A stretch of 62,861 bases of DNA, counting the filler. It is 4 parts of 4 records of this genome, joined end to end, with 100 filler letters (N's around TTAATTAATTAA, not from the genome) between each part and the next. Parts side by side here need not be neighbours in the genome. Positions count along the whole stretch, not along the records: positions 1 to 16,315 come from DRR723986_5579; positions 16,416 to 41,118 come from DRR723986_5583; 2 more parts are not named here. One strand, 5' to 3'. The first letter of the stretch is position 1, and each line of letters starts with the position of its first letter. Below are positions 9,018-18,049 of this stretch, piece by piece. A model generated the notes under the pieces. That model had not been told where the DNA came from, searched no databases, and worked only from the letters and a program-made list of their open reading frames with translations. Made by a program: the position numbers and the translations under genes.

Positions 9018-9923
9018 ATGTCCCATGACCACGGAATAGACCCTGAACAAGGGGATAAGCGCGTCGGCGTCGCGATAGTCGCAAATTTGATTTTGACCGT
9101 CGCGCAAGTGATCGGCGGCATACTGGCGGGTAGTCTCGCGCTGATTGCTGACGCGCTGCACAACTTCTCCGATGTCGCTTCCCTGGTGATCGCCTTTGGA
9201 GCACGCAAGATTGCCCGGCGGCCGGCCGACGTGCGCATGACGTTTGGGTACGGCCGAGTCGAGATCGTGGCTGCTCTCATTAATTACACGACGCTGACTG
9301 TCATAGGGCTCTATCTGATCTACGAGGGTGGGATGCGTTTCATTGACCCACCGGAGGTCAAAGGTTGGCTCGTTGTGATTCTGGGCAGTGTAGCGCTTGC
9401 TGTCGATGCCCTCACGGCGTTGCTCACTTACTCGATGCAAAAGGGGAGCGTAAATATTCGCGCCCTGTTCCTCCACAATCTATCAGATGCGCTCGCTTCG
9501 GTCGCTGTAATCGTTGGTGGATCGCTGATTCTGCTCTTCGATATGCGTTGGGTCGATCCGCTCATAACGGTTCTAATCGCTGCGTATATCCTCTATCTCG
9601 CGTTTACCGAAATCGGCGGAGTAATCCATACTCTGATGCTGGGCAGCCCACCAGAAATCGATACTGATACCGTGATAGATGCAGTCGTTGATGTGGATGG
9701 TGTCATGGAAGTTCATCACGTGCATTTCTGGCAGATGGGAGAGCATGAGGCGGCACTGGATACTCACGTGGTTGTTGACAGTAGCCGCTGGAGCGATCTC
9801 GAAGAGATCAAGCTGGCGATTAAGGCCCGCCTCGAGAACGAGTTTGGAATCCGCCATTCCACATTGGAGTTTGAACGGTCGGACCGCATGCACCAGGATG
9901 CCGAGAAATATGGTCACGGATAG
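9018..9923 (+). CDS. czcD: CDF-family Zn/Co/Cd transporter
   Basis: SLALIADALHNFSD, TFGYGRVE, FLHNLSD, VHHVHFW. Confidence 0.92.
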   Translation: MSHDHGIDPEQGDKRVGVAIVANLILTVAQVIGGILAGSLALIADALHNFSDVASLVIAFGARKIARRPADVRMTFGYGRVEIVAALINYTTLTVIGLYLIYEGGMRFIDPPEVKGWLVVILGSVALAVDALTALLTYSMQKGSVNIRALFLHNLSDALASVAVIVGGSLILLFDMRWVDPLITVLIAAYILYLAFTEIGGVIHTLMLGSPPEIDTDTVIDAVVDVDGVMEVHHVHFWQMGEHEAALDTHVVVDSSRWSDLEEIKLAIKARLENEFGIRHSTLEFERSDRMHQDAEKYGHG

Positions 9924-10006
9924 TTGAAAAGCAGAAAAACATGCTCAAGATCGTTGAATTTGGAGCCGAGAGTGTTATTGGTCTGCGTTGAGAATCTGAG
10001 GTTCAG

Positions 10007-10579
10007 TTGATGACGGTTCTATTTTTTACCATTTCGATAGTTGCGGGCTTCACTTTGCTGGCACTGTCGCTCGCATCGCTGTGGCGACCACGAATCAGGT
10101 TCTGGCCACCCCCCGGTATCGATACCTGGCAGTACAGAGTTTTCTGGTGGCTTTTCCGCATCTTTTTTGTTGGGGTTCTGTTGGTATGTATCCTGGATTT
10201 TGGCGCCATCGGCAGCCAGCATTTAGTCCATTTCGTTGTTGGCATTCCACTGGCAATATTGGGATTTAGTTTGGCTTTTTACGTGACATTCCTGCTCGGC
10301 TGGCGAGATGCTCATGGCGAAGCCAACTGCCTCACTACCAGCGGCTGGTACGGATGGAGCCGAAACCCGATCTATGTTGTATCTATCGTAGGTATAGTGG
10401 GGTTGGGCTTGCTGGTGCATTCCTGGCTTGCGTACTGCCTCTTGTTGATATGGACTGCTTTCTATATCTCTGCACCCTATCTTGAAGAACCCTGGCTTGA
10501 ACAACAGTACGGTGACGCGTATCGAGAGTACAAGTCAAAAGTACCGCGCTTTATAGGGAAGTGGGGAAATGAAACATAG
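10007..10579 (+). CDS. ICMT/PEMT-family integral membrane methyltransferase
   Basis: LTTSGWYGWSRNPIY, EE..L...YG..Y..Y..KVPRF. Confidence 0.85.
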   Translation: MMTVLFFTISIVAGFTLLALSLASLWRPRIRFWPPPGIDTWQYRVFWWLFRIFFVGVLLVCILDFGAIGSQHLVHFVVGIPLAILGFSLAFYVTFLLGWRDAHGEANCLTTSGWYGWSRNPIYVVSIVGIVGLGLLVHSWLAYCLLLIWTAFYISAPYLEEPWLEQQYGDAYREYKSKVPRFIGKWGNET

Positions 10580-10660
10580 CCTTCAAGCTACTTCAATGGC
10601 AACATCACCTGTCCGCCTATTGCCTCCATAGGTGATTTTCCAATGAGAAAAACGTTAGTT
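10574..10660 (+). other. Degenerate integron attC-like site
   Basis: R''-like ACATAGC over the stop codon, imperfect inverted repeat CTTCAATGG.AA.ATCACCT / AGGTGAT.TTCCAATGAG, R' GTTAGTT; next ATG 16 nt later. Confidence 0.45.
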
Positions 10661-10675
10661 GTTCAGTTCTTATAA

Positions 10676-11191
10676 ATGAAGACCTACGAATTTAAAATAT
10701 CGAGTGGACTCAACGCAATACCATCTCTGTTGTGGGACGCTGCCGTAACACCTGCTAGCATAAATCGAGAATTCCGACCGGTACTACGTATGACGTTTCC
10801 GAATGGCACGCGCAGGATCACCGAACCGCTGGTAATAAATCAAACAAAATTCAGGAGCTGGCTGCTACTATTCGGTGTGCTACCAATCGAGTATGACGAT
10901 TTAGCCTTTTCCGAGGTCGTTGAAGGCCAAATGTTCCACGAAAAGTCATCAATGTTCTTTGTGAGAACTTGGGAGCATATTCGCCGCATTACACCGGCGG
11001 AGTGCGGAAGCAGGCTAACTGATACAGTTCGATTCGAACCAAAAGTTCGCATTCTTGGTTCAGCGCAGTTGAATTTGTTTAAGCTCGTATTCAAACTACG
11101 CCACATGAACTTGGTTAAAACCTATGGCAAGCTCATCACTATCGAGGCTGCGACAACGGACAGTGCCCAACCACCGATAACGCCACCATGA
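10676..11191 (+). CDS. Hypothetical protein, SRPBCC/START-like
   Basis: SWLLLFGVLPIEYD, FHEKS, WEHIRRI, LTDTVRFEP, FKLRH pattern. Confidence 0.65.
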   Translation: MKTYEFKISSGLNAIPSLLWDAAVTPASINREFRPVLRMTFPNGTRRITEPLVINQTKFRSWLLLFGVLPIEYDDLAFSEVVEGQMFHEKSSMFFVRTWEHIRRITPAECGSRLTDTVRFEPKVRILGSAQLNLFKLVFKLRHMNLVKTYGKLITIEAATTDSAQPPITPP

Positions 11192-11754
11192 CACAGGACA
11201 CGTGGCTCATACTGCTGCACCAACTGCTGTTTCAGGGCATGTTCTTCGCCAAGAACATTCTGCTGGAGCGCAGGCTCGGTCAGCCAATCCAGGGCTTCAA
11301 CCCGGAGGCCAACCTATCCATTGCGTTTTTCGCGCTTTTCATCTGCGTCGCACTCTGGTTGTCCCTGAGCCCGGATACACATCGAACCACTGGCCTGCTA
11401 ATTGGCATGACCCAGGCCACCGCCGCGCTGTTCATGCTTGCGAGCCTAGGCATCGCCGCCGCGTCACTGAAGGACCTTGGTGACTCTTGGCGTGTGGGGG
11501 TTATCGAGGAACAGGAAACCGAACTAATCGAACAAGGCGTTTACCGCTACAGCAGGAATCCCTATTTCCTCGCCTACCTGCTGATGTTCGCCGCTTACAC
11601 GATACTTTTACAAAGTTTTTTCCTACTGGGGCTGTCTGTAATCGGTTTCGGTTTGGTGCACAGAATGATCCTTCGGGAAGAACGGTACCTTGCGGGTAAG
11701 CATGCCGCCGATTACGAGCGTTACCGGCAGCGTGTGCCACGCTATCTCGGGTAG
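11188..11754 (+). CDS. ICMT-family integral membrane methyltransferase
   Basis: LGDSWRVG, LIEQGVYRYSRNPYF, EERYL, YRQRVPRY. Confidence 0.87.
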   Translation: MTQDTWLILLHQLLFQGMFFAKNILLERRLGQPIQGFNPEANLSIAFFALFICVALWLSLSPDTHRTTGLLIGMTQATAALFMLASLGIAAASLKDLGDSWRVGVIEEQETELIEQGVYRYSRNPYFLAYLLMFAAYTILLQSFFLLGLSVIGFGLVHRMILREERYLAGKHAADYERYRQRVPRYLG

Positions 11755-11812
11755 CCCAGTCACTCATCAAGGCTGTTTGCTCTATCCTAACGCGAAAGTG
11801 CCTTGATTGAGG

Positions 11813-12088
11813 CTACCTCAAATAGGACCGTAACAAAGACACCACTTGGTCCAATTCTTCGTTACGCTGGCGTGCGCTTATCGAATCGTTCCCTAGATGT
11901 TCGCGCAGGTGGCCCTCTAATACTTCTGCCATCAGTCCGTTGACAGCGCCGCGAATAGCCGCAATCTGCTGAAGTATCGCAGCGCACTCCGCTTCCTGTT
12001 CGAGGGCATTTTCCAGTCCGCTGGCCTGCCCTCTGATTCTGCGAATACGTGCCAGCAGCTTTTTCTTGTCCTTAATGGTATGTGGCAT
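11813..12088 (-). CDS. dmeR: CsoR/RcnR-family metal-sensing repressor (DmeR type)
   Basis: MPHT, RIRRIRGQ, C..ILQQIAAIRGAVNGLM..VLEGHL; divergent from dmeF. Confidence 0.85.
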   Translation of the reverse strand: MPHTIKDKKKLLARIRRIRGQASGLENALEQEAECAAILQQIAAIRGAVNGLMAEVLEGHLREHLGNDSISARQRNEELDQVVSLLRSYLR

Positions 12089-12114
12089 GAAACTCACCTT
12101 TGGTTGTTATTTAG

Positions 12115-12133
12115 TATACTGGGGTATAGTATA
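12115..12133. promoter_or_regulatory. RcnR/DmeR-type operator
   Basis: TATACT-GGGGTAT-AGTATA, matching the TACT-G tract-AGTA architecture, between the divergent genes. Confidence 0.8.
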
Positions 12134-12160
12134 TTTCGTTTAGGTTCAGGAAGCGAATAC

Positions 12161-13120
12161 ATGCAAATTGACAGTGCCGCAGAGGAATGGCGCCACTCAC
12201 ACGTATTTGATGAGGGCAATCCGCTGGGGGAACGCAACACCCGGTGGGCCGTCGGTTTGACAGCTGTGATGATGGTGGCCGAGATCGCCGGAGGCTGGAT
12301 ATACAACTCCATGGCTCTGCTGGCCGACGGCTGGCATATGAGTTCCCACACGCTGGCTCTAGGACTTTCCGTGTTGGCGTACGCGGCAGCCCGGCGTTAT
12401 GCTCGTGACAGCCGCTTTGCCTTCGGTACCTGGAAGATTGAAGTATTGGGCGGATATACCAGCGCCATATTCCTCGTAGGCGTGGCAGCTTTGATGCTCT
12501 ACCAATCCGTAGAGCGCCTAATCGCGCCCACACCAATCCAGTATGACCAAGCCATTGTCATTGCCGGGGCAGGACTGATGGTGAATCTCGCATGTGCCTG
12601 GCTGCTAAAAGGTGGGCACGCGCATCACCATGGCCACGGAGGTCACGATCACGGCGATGGGCATCATCACGATCTGAATTTGCGTTCCGCTTATTTGCAT
12701 GTACTAACCGATGCGGCTACATCGGTGCTCGCGATAGTCGCATTGTTCGGGGGTAAGATCTGGGGCGCCAATTGGCTTGATCCGGTAATGGGAATTGTCG
12801 GTGCCGGCCTGGTGTCTATCTGGGCGTACGGATTGCTGCGCGATACAGGACGGGTATTGCTTGATGCAGAGATGGACGCGCCGGTTGTAAAGGAAATCCG
12901 CGAGATAATCGAGGACTGTCCTGCTGAGGCAGTTATAACCGATCTGCACGTTTGGCGCGTCGGCAAAGGAAAATATGCCTGCATACTTTCCTTGCTTTCG
13001 ACAGGTTCGACTGAGCCTGACTATATAAGGCAGTTACTCAGCATTCACGAGGAATTGGTCCACATCACGGTAGAAGTGAACGTTCTCGATAACATGCCCG
13101 GTGGGCTAGTACGGTCTTAA
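12161..13120 (+). CDS. dmeF: Co(II)/Ni(II) CDF efflux transporter
   Basis: SMALLADGWHMSSH, His-rich loop HAHHHGHGGHDHGDGHHHD, AYLHVLTDA, DLHVWRVG. Confidence 0.92.
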   Translation: MQIDSAAEEWRHSHVFDEGNPLGERNTRWAVGLTAVMMVAEIAGGWIYNSMALLADGWHMSSHTLALGLSVLAYAAARRYARDSRFAFGTWKIEVLGGYTSAIFLVGVAALMLYQSVERLIAPTPIQYDQAIVIAGAGLMVNLACAWLLKGGHAHHHGHGGHDHGDGHHHDLNLRSAYLHVLTDAATSVLAIVALFGGKIWGANWLDPVMGIVGAGLVSIWAYGLLRDTGRVLLDAEMDAPVVKEIREIIEDCPAEAVITDLHVWRVGKGKYACILSLLSTGSTEPDYIRQLLSIHEELVHITVEVNVLDNMPGGLVRS

Positions 13121-13552
13121 GCTTTCCAGATAGTTGCGTGCCGCATAGCCACTATTTGCAGACCTTGTCGTCCGACTGCTCTTGAAGTTAGATTTAATCC
13201 CGCTCATTGAATGCAGGGAGTTCGCATCACTCACGTTTCTCCCTATTTAAGCAGAAACGCACGAGGGCGCCAGGCATTTTGGCACAGCGCGCCTTCCGTC
13301 AGGCGTTTTCTATAAACACCTATCCAAGCCGTAACCAACTCCGGACTATAGAAGCTGAAACTGAAGTGTTGCACATTCTTATCGGGAAAAAATCGTGTAT
13401 CGACTTCAATTTGGAGAAACTACAAGGCGCACCGCTTGCTGTAAATGTTACCTTGTTGATGGCATTTATTTTCAAGATTCCCCGTCGGCAGGCAATGCAG
13501 CTGGTCAAGCCTTGGGGCAGGCCACGACTTCCGATTCTGTACAACGGTATAT

Positions 13553-14746
13553 CTATTTGGCGCCACCGGTCAAAACAATATCGGCGGCGATCAACTCGGC
13601 TTCGGCGACAAAGTCAGGGTGGAATGACGTGAGTGATGCCGGGTTCAGTCCGGCAGTGTAGAGTCCCGCCGCCTGCAAGAACGGCGGACGTTTCTGCCGC
13701 GGCCAACCATCGACCAAAAGATCGTCCGGAAGCAGATTCTCAAGCGCGGGTGTGTAGCCCGTCGCAGCGATTACGACATCGACTCGCCGGCGTCTTCCTG
13801 AAAATGTTACGATCTCGTCGCCTTCAAATCGTTTCAGCGCATCGATGACGGCGATGCGGCCGGTCTTCACATCGTCCACGAAGCCGCTGTCGATGGTAGC
13901 GCCAGAGGCCGACTCGACATCACTGAGGCGATGATCCGGTGGACCGATTCCGTATAGGGCGAGTCGACCAAAAATGAGCAACTGGTTTAGTCGGCCGCCC
14001 ATGTCAACTATACGATCCGGGAAATGCTTTGCGACGGCTGCAGCCGCGGTCAGATTCATACCGAAGAACTCACGGCGAGCGAACACCGGTTTCTGCCTGA
14101 TGGAGATGGTGGTGTCGACTCCGCTACGGGAGAGCAGATGGGCAATCTCAGTCCCAGAGTTACCCCCTCCGACCACCAGAACACGTCGCCCCAGGAAACT
14201 TAATGGGTCGCGAAATAGCGATGAATGGAGCACTTCGACTGGGCTGTCGGGCATCCCGGGCCAATCGGGAACAATCGGCAACCGATTGCGTCCCGTTGCA
14301 ATAACGACTACGTCCCAGCGGTTGCAAATTTCCATCTGTGCGCGTTGCCTCTTGGGCACCGGAACTGATCGCGCACTGTTAGCTGGAGCATACGAGAGCA
14401 GCCATCCGCCCTCGGGATGATGGCGGATGGTTTTGATCCTTATTGTCTGCAGCTCGACTTTGAGGGCCTCTGCAGCGTACTCGATGTAGTTGGCCCAGTC
14501 GTCGCGCGCGGGCCACACCGCGACCTCGGGTGGCATCGTTACGCCAGGAATCTTCGAGGCGTCACGGTGGGTGTTCAATACAAGACCGTTGTAACGGGCT
14601 CGCCAGGTGTCACCGATACGGTTCGATGAATCGAATACAAGCGGGACGATCCCGCGCCGCTTGAGCGCTCCGACGACACACAGGCCCGCATGCCCAGCTC
14701 CGACGATCGCGACGCGGAAACTATCCTGTCTGCGGCGAATTGGCAT
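13553..14746 (-). CDS. Flavin-containing monooxygenase (class B, CzcO/FMO-like)
   Basis: GAGHAG, GDTW..RY..L.L.T, ATG, LHSS.F, VGGGNSG, ATGY. Confidence 0.85.
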   Translation of the reverse strand: MPIRRRQDSFRVAIVGAGHAGLCVVGALKRRGIVPLVFDSSNRIGDTWRARYNGLVLNTHRDASKIPGVTMPPEVAVWPARDDWANYIEYAAEALKVELQTIRIKTIRHHPEGGWLLSYAPANSARSVPVPKRQRAQMEICNRWDVVVIATGRNRLPIVPDWPGMPDSPVEVLHSSLFRDPLSFLGRRVLVVGGGNSGTEIAHLLSRSGVDTTISIRQKPVFARREFFGMNLTAAAAVAKHFPDRIVDMGGRLNQLLIFGRLALYGIGPPDHRLSDVESASGATIDSGFVDDVKTGRIAVIDALKRFEGDEIVTFSGRRRRVDVVIAATGYTPALENLLPDDLLVDGWPRQKRPPFLQAAGLYTAGLNPASLTSFHPDFVAEAELIAADIVLTGGAK

Positions 14747-14979
14747 GTCAGGTGACCCTAAACAATTCGAATAATCCTCGTAAATACTTTAACCATGCGG
14801 ATTTTTGATGGCTTCCTTGGGCGGGCCTTTTGAACCTCTCTTCCTCGCGCCACGTGGTCAATATAGTAGCCGAGTTTCACGCTTCGTCAGTGCGCTGTGA
14901 GAGGAAAAGGGTAGATCGGCTGATGCTAACCGCTGCTTTCGCAATTCCGCGGGGATCTATAAACAGCGAGAAGAGTCCC

Positions 14980-16315
14980 AAGTATAGGGCATATCAACGG
15001 CCTGTTGAGAGTAGATTTCCTCGCTGACTCTGTTGACTGGACTTGCTGAACTATGGAAATTCGAGAAATTCCCGCCTATTGACCTGAAATTTCTGTTCGC
15101 GGCGTTGAGCATGCCATTCATATCCGTTCATTCCTGAACGAGAGCACGCAACAGCTCATGCCATGCGGTTTTCACTGGCTTCCTTGCTGGTGCAGTGCTG
15201 TTGTGCTGGAATCCTTCCCAACGAAAAGAGCCAATGTCTCAGGTGGTGCTCTGGTCGGCGGTGCTAGGTGTGGCAGGGTGGGGGTGTTCTGTTCCTTCGC
15301 GTGCAGATGAGCCAGAATTCTATCGATGACGTCTTGGTCCTCGATACAAGCGATGACTCTGACAGATCCGCCGCAGCGGGCGCAGACCTCGATGTCTATA
15401 TTGAATACGCGCTTGAGTCTTTGAGCCCAGGTCATCGCCGCATGTCGTTCCGCTGTAGAGCGGATCTCCGCATTGGAAATAGACTTGACTCCTTTTCCAC
15501 GCTTGGCTGGCGTGACCAGTCCGCGCCAGCGGTGATTTGGCGCCAAAACGCCGTGATAGCGGGTGAGGTTGACACGGGGTTTGGGTATCAGGGCAGCCAG
15601 CCGGGCAACGAAGTCCACCGGTTCGAAGGCCACCTGTGTCGTTCCATCCCGGTACGGGGTCTTCAGGGTGTAGACCACCTTGCCCGTGGAGCTCAGTGAA
15701 AGTCGGGGAACGGCCACGGCAGGGCGGGAAATGTACCGACACAGCCGTTCTCGCTTGTTCTTTTGATGCCCTTCGCAACTCACCCCCGCGTGAAGTGAGA
15801 ACCCGTTAGCCTTGGCCACCCGCTCCAGTCCGGGATCAGGTCTGTCCAGCGGACGGATGGTGCGAATCATGAAGTCCTTGCGCCCCTGCTGCGGGCCGAC
15901 GACGACCCGGTAGGAGACGGAACTGCCGAGGATCTGGGGCATGGCATCCGTATCTTCGGCAGGGTCGAGATCCAGCCAGGCGCTCTCGGAATCCTGCTCC
16001 AGCAAGCCCTGGCGCTCCAGGCAGCGGCCTACACGCTGGCTGATCAGTTGAACCAACGCCTCCAACTCGCCTTTGTCCGGTGCCTTGACACGTTGAAATC
16101 GGAGTGGTCGATTGTCGCGATACACATAGACGCCATCCAGGAACAGGATGTGAAAATGTATATTCAGGTTGAGAGCAGATCCAAAGCGCTGAATTAGCGT
16201 TACGGCCCCGGTGGCGCCATCCTTGAGCGAGAATCCGGCCTTGTGGATCAGGTGGGTCGAGATGGCCCGGTAAACGATGCCGAGTACCTTGCCCATGGCC
16301 TGGGGGTGGGCCGCA
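14980..16315 (-). mobile_element. ISCR/IS91-family rolling-circle element, ori end plus partial transposase
   Basis: Transposase (next feature) plus an oriIS-like end GGCCGTTGATATGCCCTATAC (minus strand, 15002-14982) about 190 bp past the stop. Confidence 0.75.
15172..16315 (-). CDS. IS91/ISCR HUH transposase, 5'-truncated by contig end
   Basis: QRFGSALNLNIHFH (HUH), GFSLHA, RLCRYISRP (YxxR, ISCR type), RYHGVLAP, CARCGG. Confidence 0.93.
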
Positions 16316-16415
16316 NNNNNNNNNNNNNNNNNNNNNNNNNNNNNNNNNNNNNNNNNNNNTTAATTAATTAANNNNNNNNNNNNNNNNNNNNNNNNNNNNN
16401 NNNNNNNNNNNNNNN
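16316..16415. other. Artificial contig linker
   Basis: 44 N + TTAATTAATTAA (stops in all frames) + 44 N. Confidence 0.99.
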
Positions 16416-16812
16416 GCTCAGAGTCGCTGGCTCAGAGTCGCTGGCGCTGGCATGCAAAGTTCGTTAGTTGCAAGGTCATCTCTTTCGTTTCAAAATCTTT
16501 GAAACTGAGCGCCACCGAACGCGCATTCTTGGCATCTAGTTCGTTGGGTCGAGTCCAAGAGGGGGTACTTCGGCGGACAAGGGCAGTTGCTCCGCCAGAA
16601 GCCCCTGGCTAAGGGGGAATCCCCCTGCTCTCATGACTCGCATCAAAAGTACCACTCACCGAAACTCGGGTGATAGACTAATGTCGGTTTCGATGCCTTA
16701 GCCGCAGTGTTCTCCTGTGGTAGTGGCGGTCGAGGCAACCTACAATGTCGGCGAAGCAGTTGAGAAGTCGATTCTGCAACGCACTTTTGGCACCGATTTC
16801 GGGAACGAAACT

Positions 16813-17892
16813 TTGTTACATGCAGTCATCATGGCCGGTGGATCCGGGACGCGATTCTGGCCTGCAAGCCGTCAAAAAATGCCGAAACAACTGTTGCAAC
16901 TGGTCGGCGAAACGACAATGTTGCAAACCACCTTCGACCGACTTCAAGGACTTGTGTCACCAGAGCACACGTTGGTGATGACGAACCAGCATCTGGTCGA
17001 CGCCGTTCGAGAGCAATTGCCAGACGTTCCACCAGAGCAGATCGTTGGCGAACCGATGAAGCGCGATACGGCGGCATGCATCGCACTAGCCGCCTCGCTG
17101 ATCGTGAATGCGGACCCAGACGCGATCATGCTGGTAACTCCAGCCGACCACATAATCGAGAGTGATCAACAGTTTCAGGACTGCATGAAAAGCGGCGTGA
17201 AGCTGCTCGAACACTCCCCTGAACACATTGTTACATTTGGAATTCGCCCCACTTACGCTGCCGAATCTTTTGGTTACGTCCAGCGTGGCGAACCGATCAG
17301 CGAATCTGGCGTGGCGAAAGCGTTCAGTGTCGAGTCCTTCCGCGAGAAACCGGATCGGCAAACCGCTGAACAATATTTGCAGGCTGGAACGTACGACTGG
17401 AATAGCGGAATCTTCATGTGGCGAGCAGATACGATTCTGGCCGCACTACGGGATTACGAACCGGCAATGATGAAGCACGTCGACGCAATCTCAGACTCGA
17501 TGGGCACCCCCGGATTCGTGGCAACGCTGAATCGTGAGTTCGAGCAGATTGACGGGCGCTCGATCGATTACGCGGTTCTCGAACGCCACCCCAAGGTTGC
17601 TGTGATTGAGGCCATTTTCCAGTGGGACGACGTCGGAAGTTGGCAATCCATCGGCAGGCTGACCGCGCCGGACGAACAGGGCAACTGCGTCAAAGGTAAA
17701 TACTTGCCAATTCAGTCACAACGAATGATTGTCTACGGCGAGTCAGAGCATCTCGTTGTTACGATTGGAATGCAGGACATGATCGTCGTGCACACCGACA
17801 ACGCGACTTTGATCGCACCGAAGCAAGAAGAAGAACGTGTACGAGAAGTTGTAAACCAGATCCAGAACCGAGATTGGACCGAGTTCTTGTAA
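16813..17892 (+). CDS. manC: Mannose-1-phosphate guanylyltransferase
   Basis: HAVIMAGGSGTRFWPASR..PKQ, PADH, WNSGIF, SIDYAVLE, WDDVGSW; probable TTG start. Confidence 0.92.
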   Translation: MLHAVIMAGGSGTRFWPASRQKMPKQLLQLVGETTMLQTTFDRLQGLVSPEHTLVMTNQHLVDAVREQLPDVPPEQIVGEPMKRDTAACIALAASLIVNADPDAIMLVTPADHIIESDQQFQDCMKSGVKLLEHSPEHIVTFGIRPTYAAESFGYVQRGEPISESGVAKAFSVESFREKPDRQTAEQYLQAGTYDWNSGIFMWRADTILAALRDYEPAMMKHVDAISDSMGTPGFVATLNREFEQIDGRSIDYAVLERHPKVAVIEAIFQWDDVGSWQSIGRLTAPDEQGNCVKGKYLPIQSQRMIVYGESEHLVVTIGMQDMIVVHTDNATLIAPKQEEERVREVVNQIQNRDWTEFL

Positions 17893-18049
17893 GTGACATC
17901 CTGCGGGTGCTGCCAATATTCAGTTGGTCGCTCAATCCGCAAATCGCTTCGCCTCGGAAAGCTGGTTGCAGTTTCTGTCACGCAGAATTGCAGAATAACC
18001 GACAACGACGATTGCAATCGGTTGTCGCAGACCACACAGGCGGAGAGTA

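Larger units (their letters stand above)
1..16315. mobile_element. tRNA-anchored heavy-metal resistance genomic island (far end not in contig)
   Basis: tRNA 3' end, IHF site, arm-like repeats and integrase relic, followed by dense metal-efflux cargo and an ISCR/IS91 transposase. Confidence 0.7.

Noticed and set aside
13207..13632. 141-aa plus-strand ORF
   Set aside because: TTG start, no motifs, overlaps the FMO 3' end; probably spurious or decayed DNA
16360..16371. TTAATTAATTAA palindrome (also in the other two gaps) and ORFs running into N
   Set aside because: Artificial all-frame-stop linker
16417..16444. 14-bp tandem duplication CTCAGAGTCGCTGG x2
   Set aside because: Real but cut by the contig edge, with no spacers; most likely a minisatellite that broke the assembly
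16487..16505. GTTTCAAA-ATC-TTTGAAAC palindrome resembling CRISPR repeat ends
   Set aside because: Single 19-bp copy, no repeat-spacer array and no cas genes
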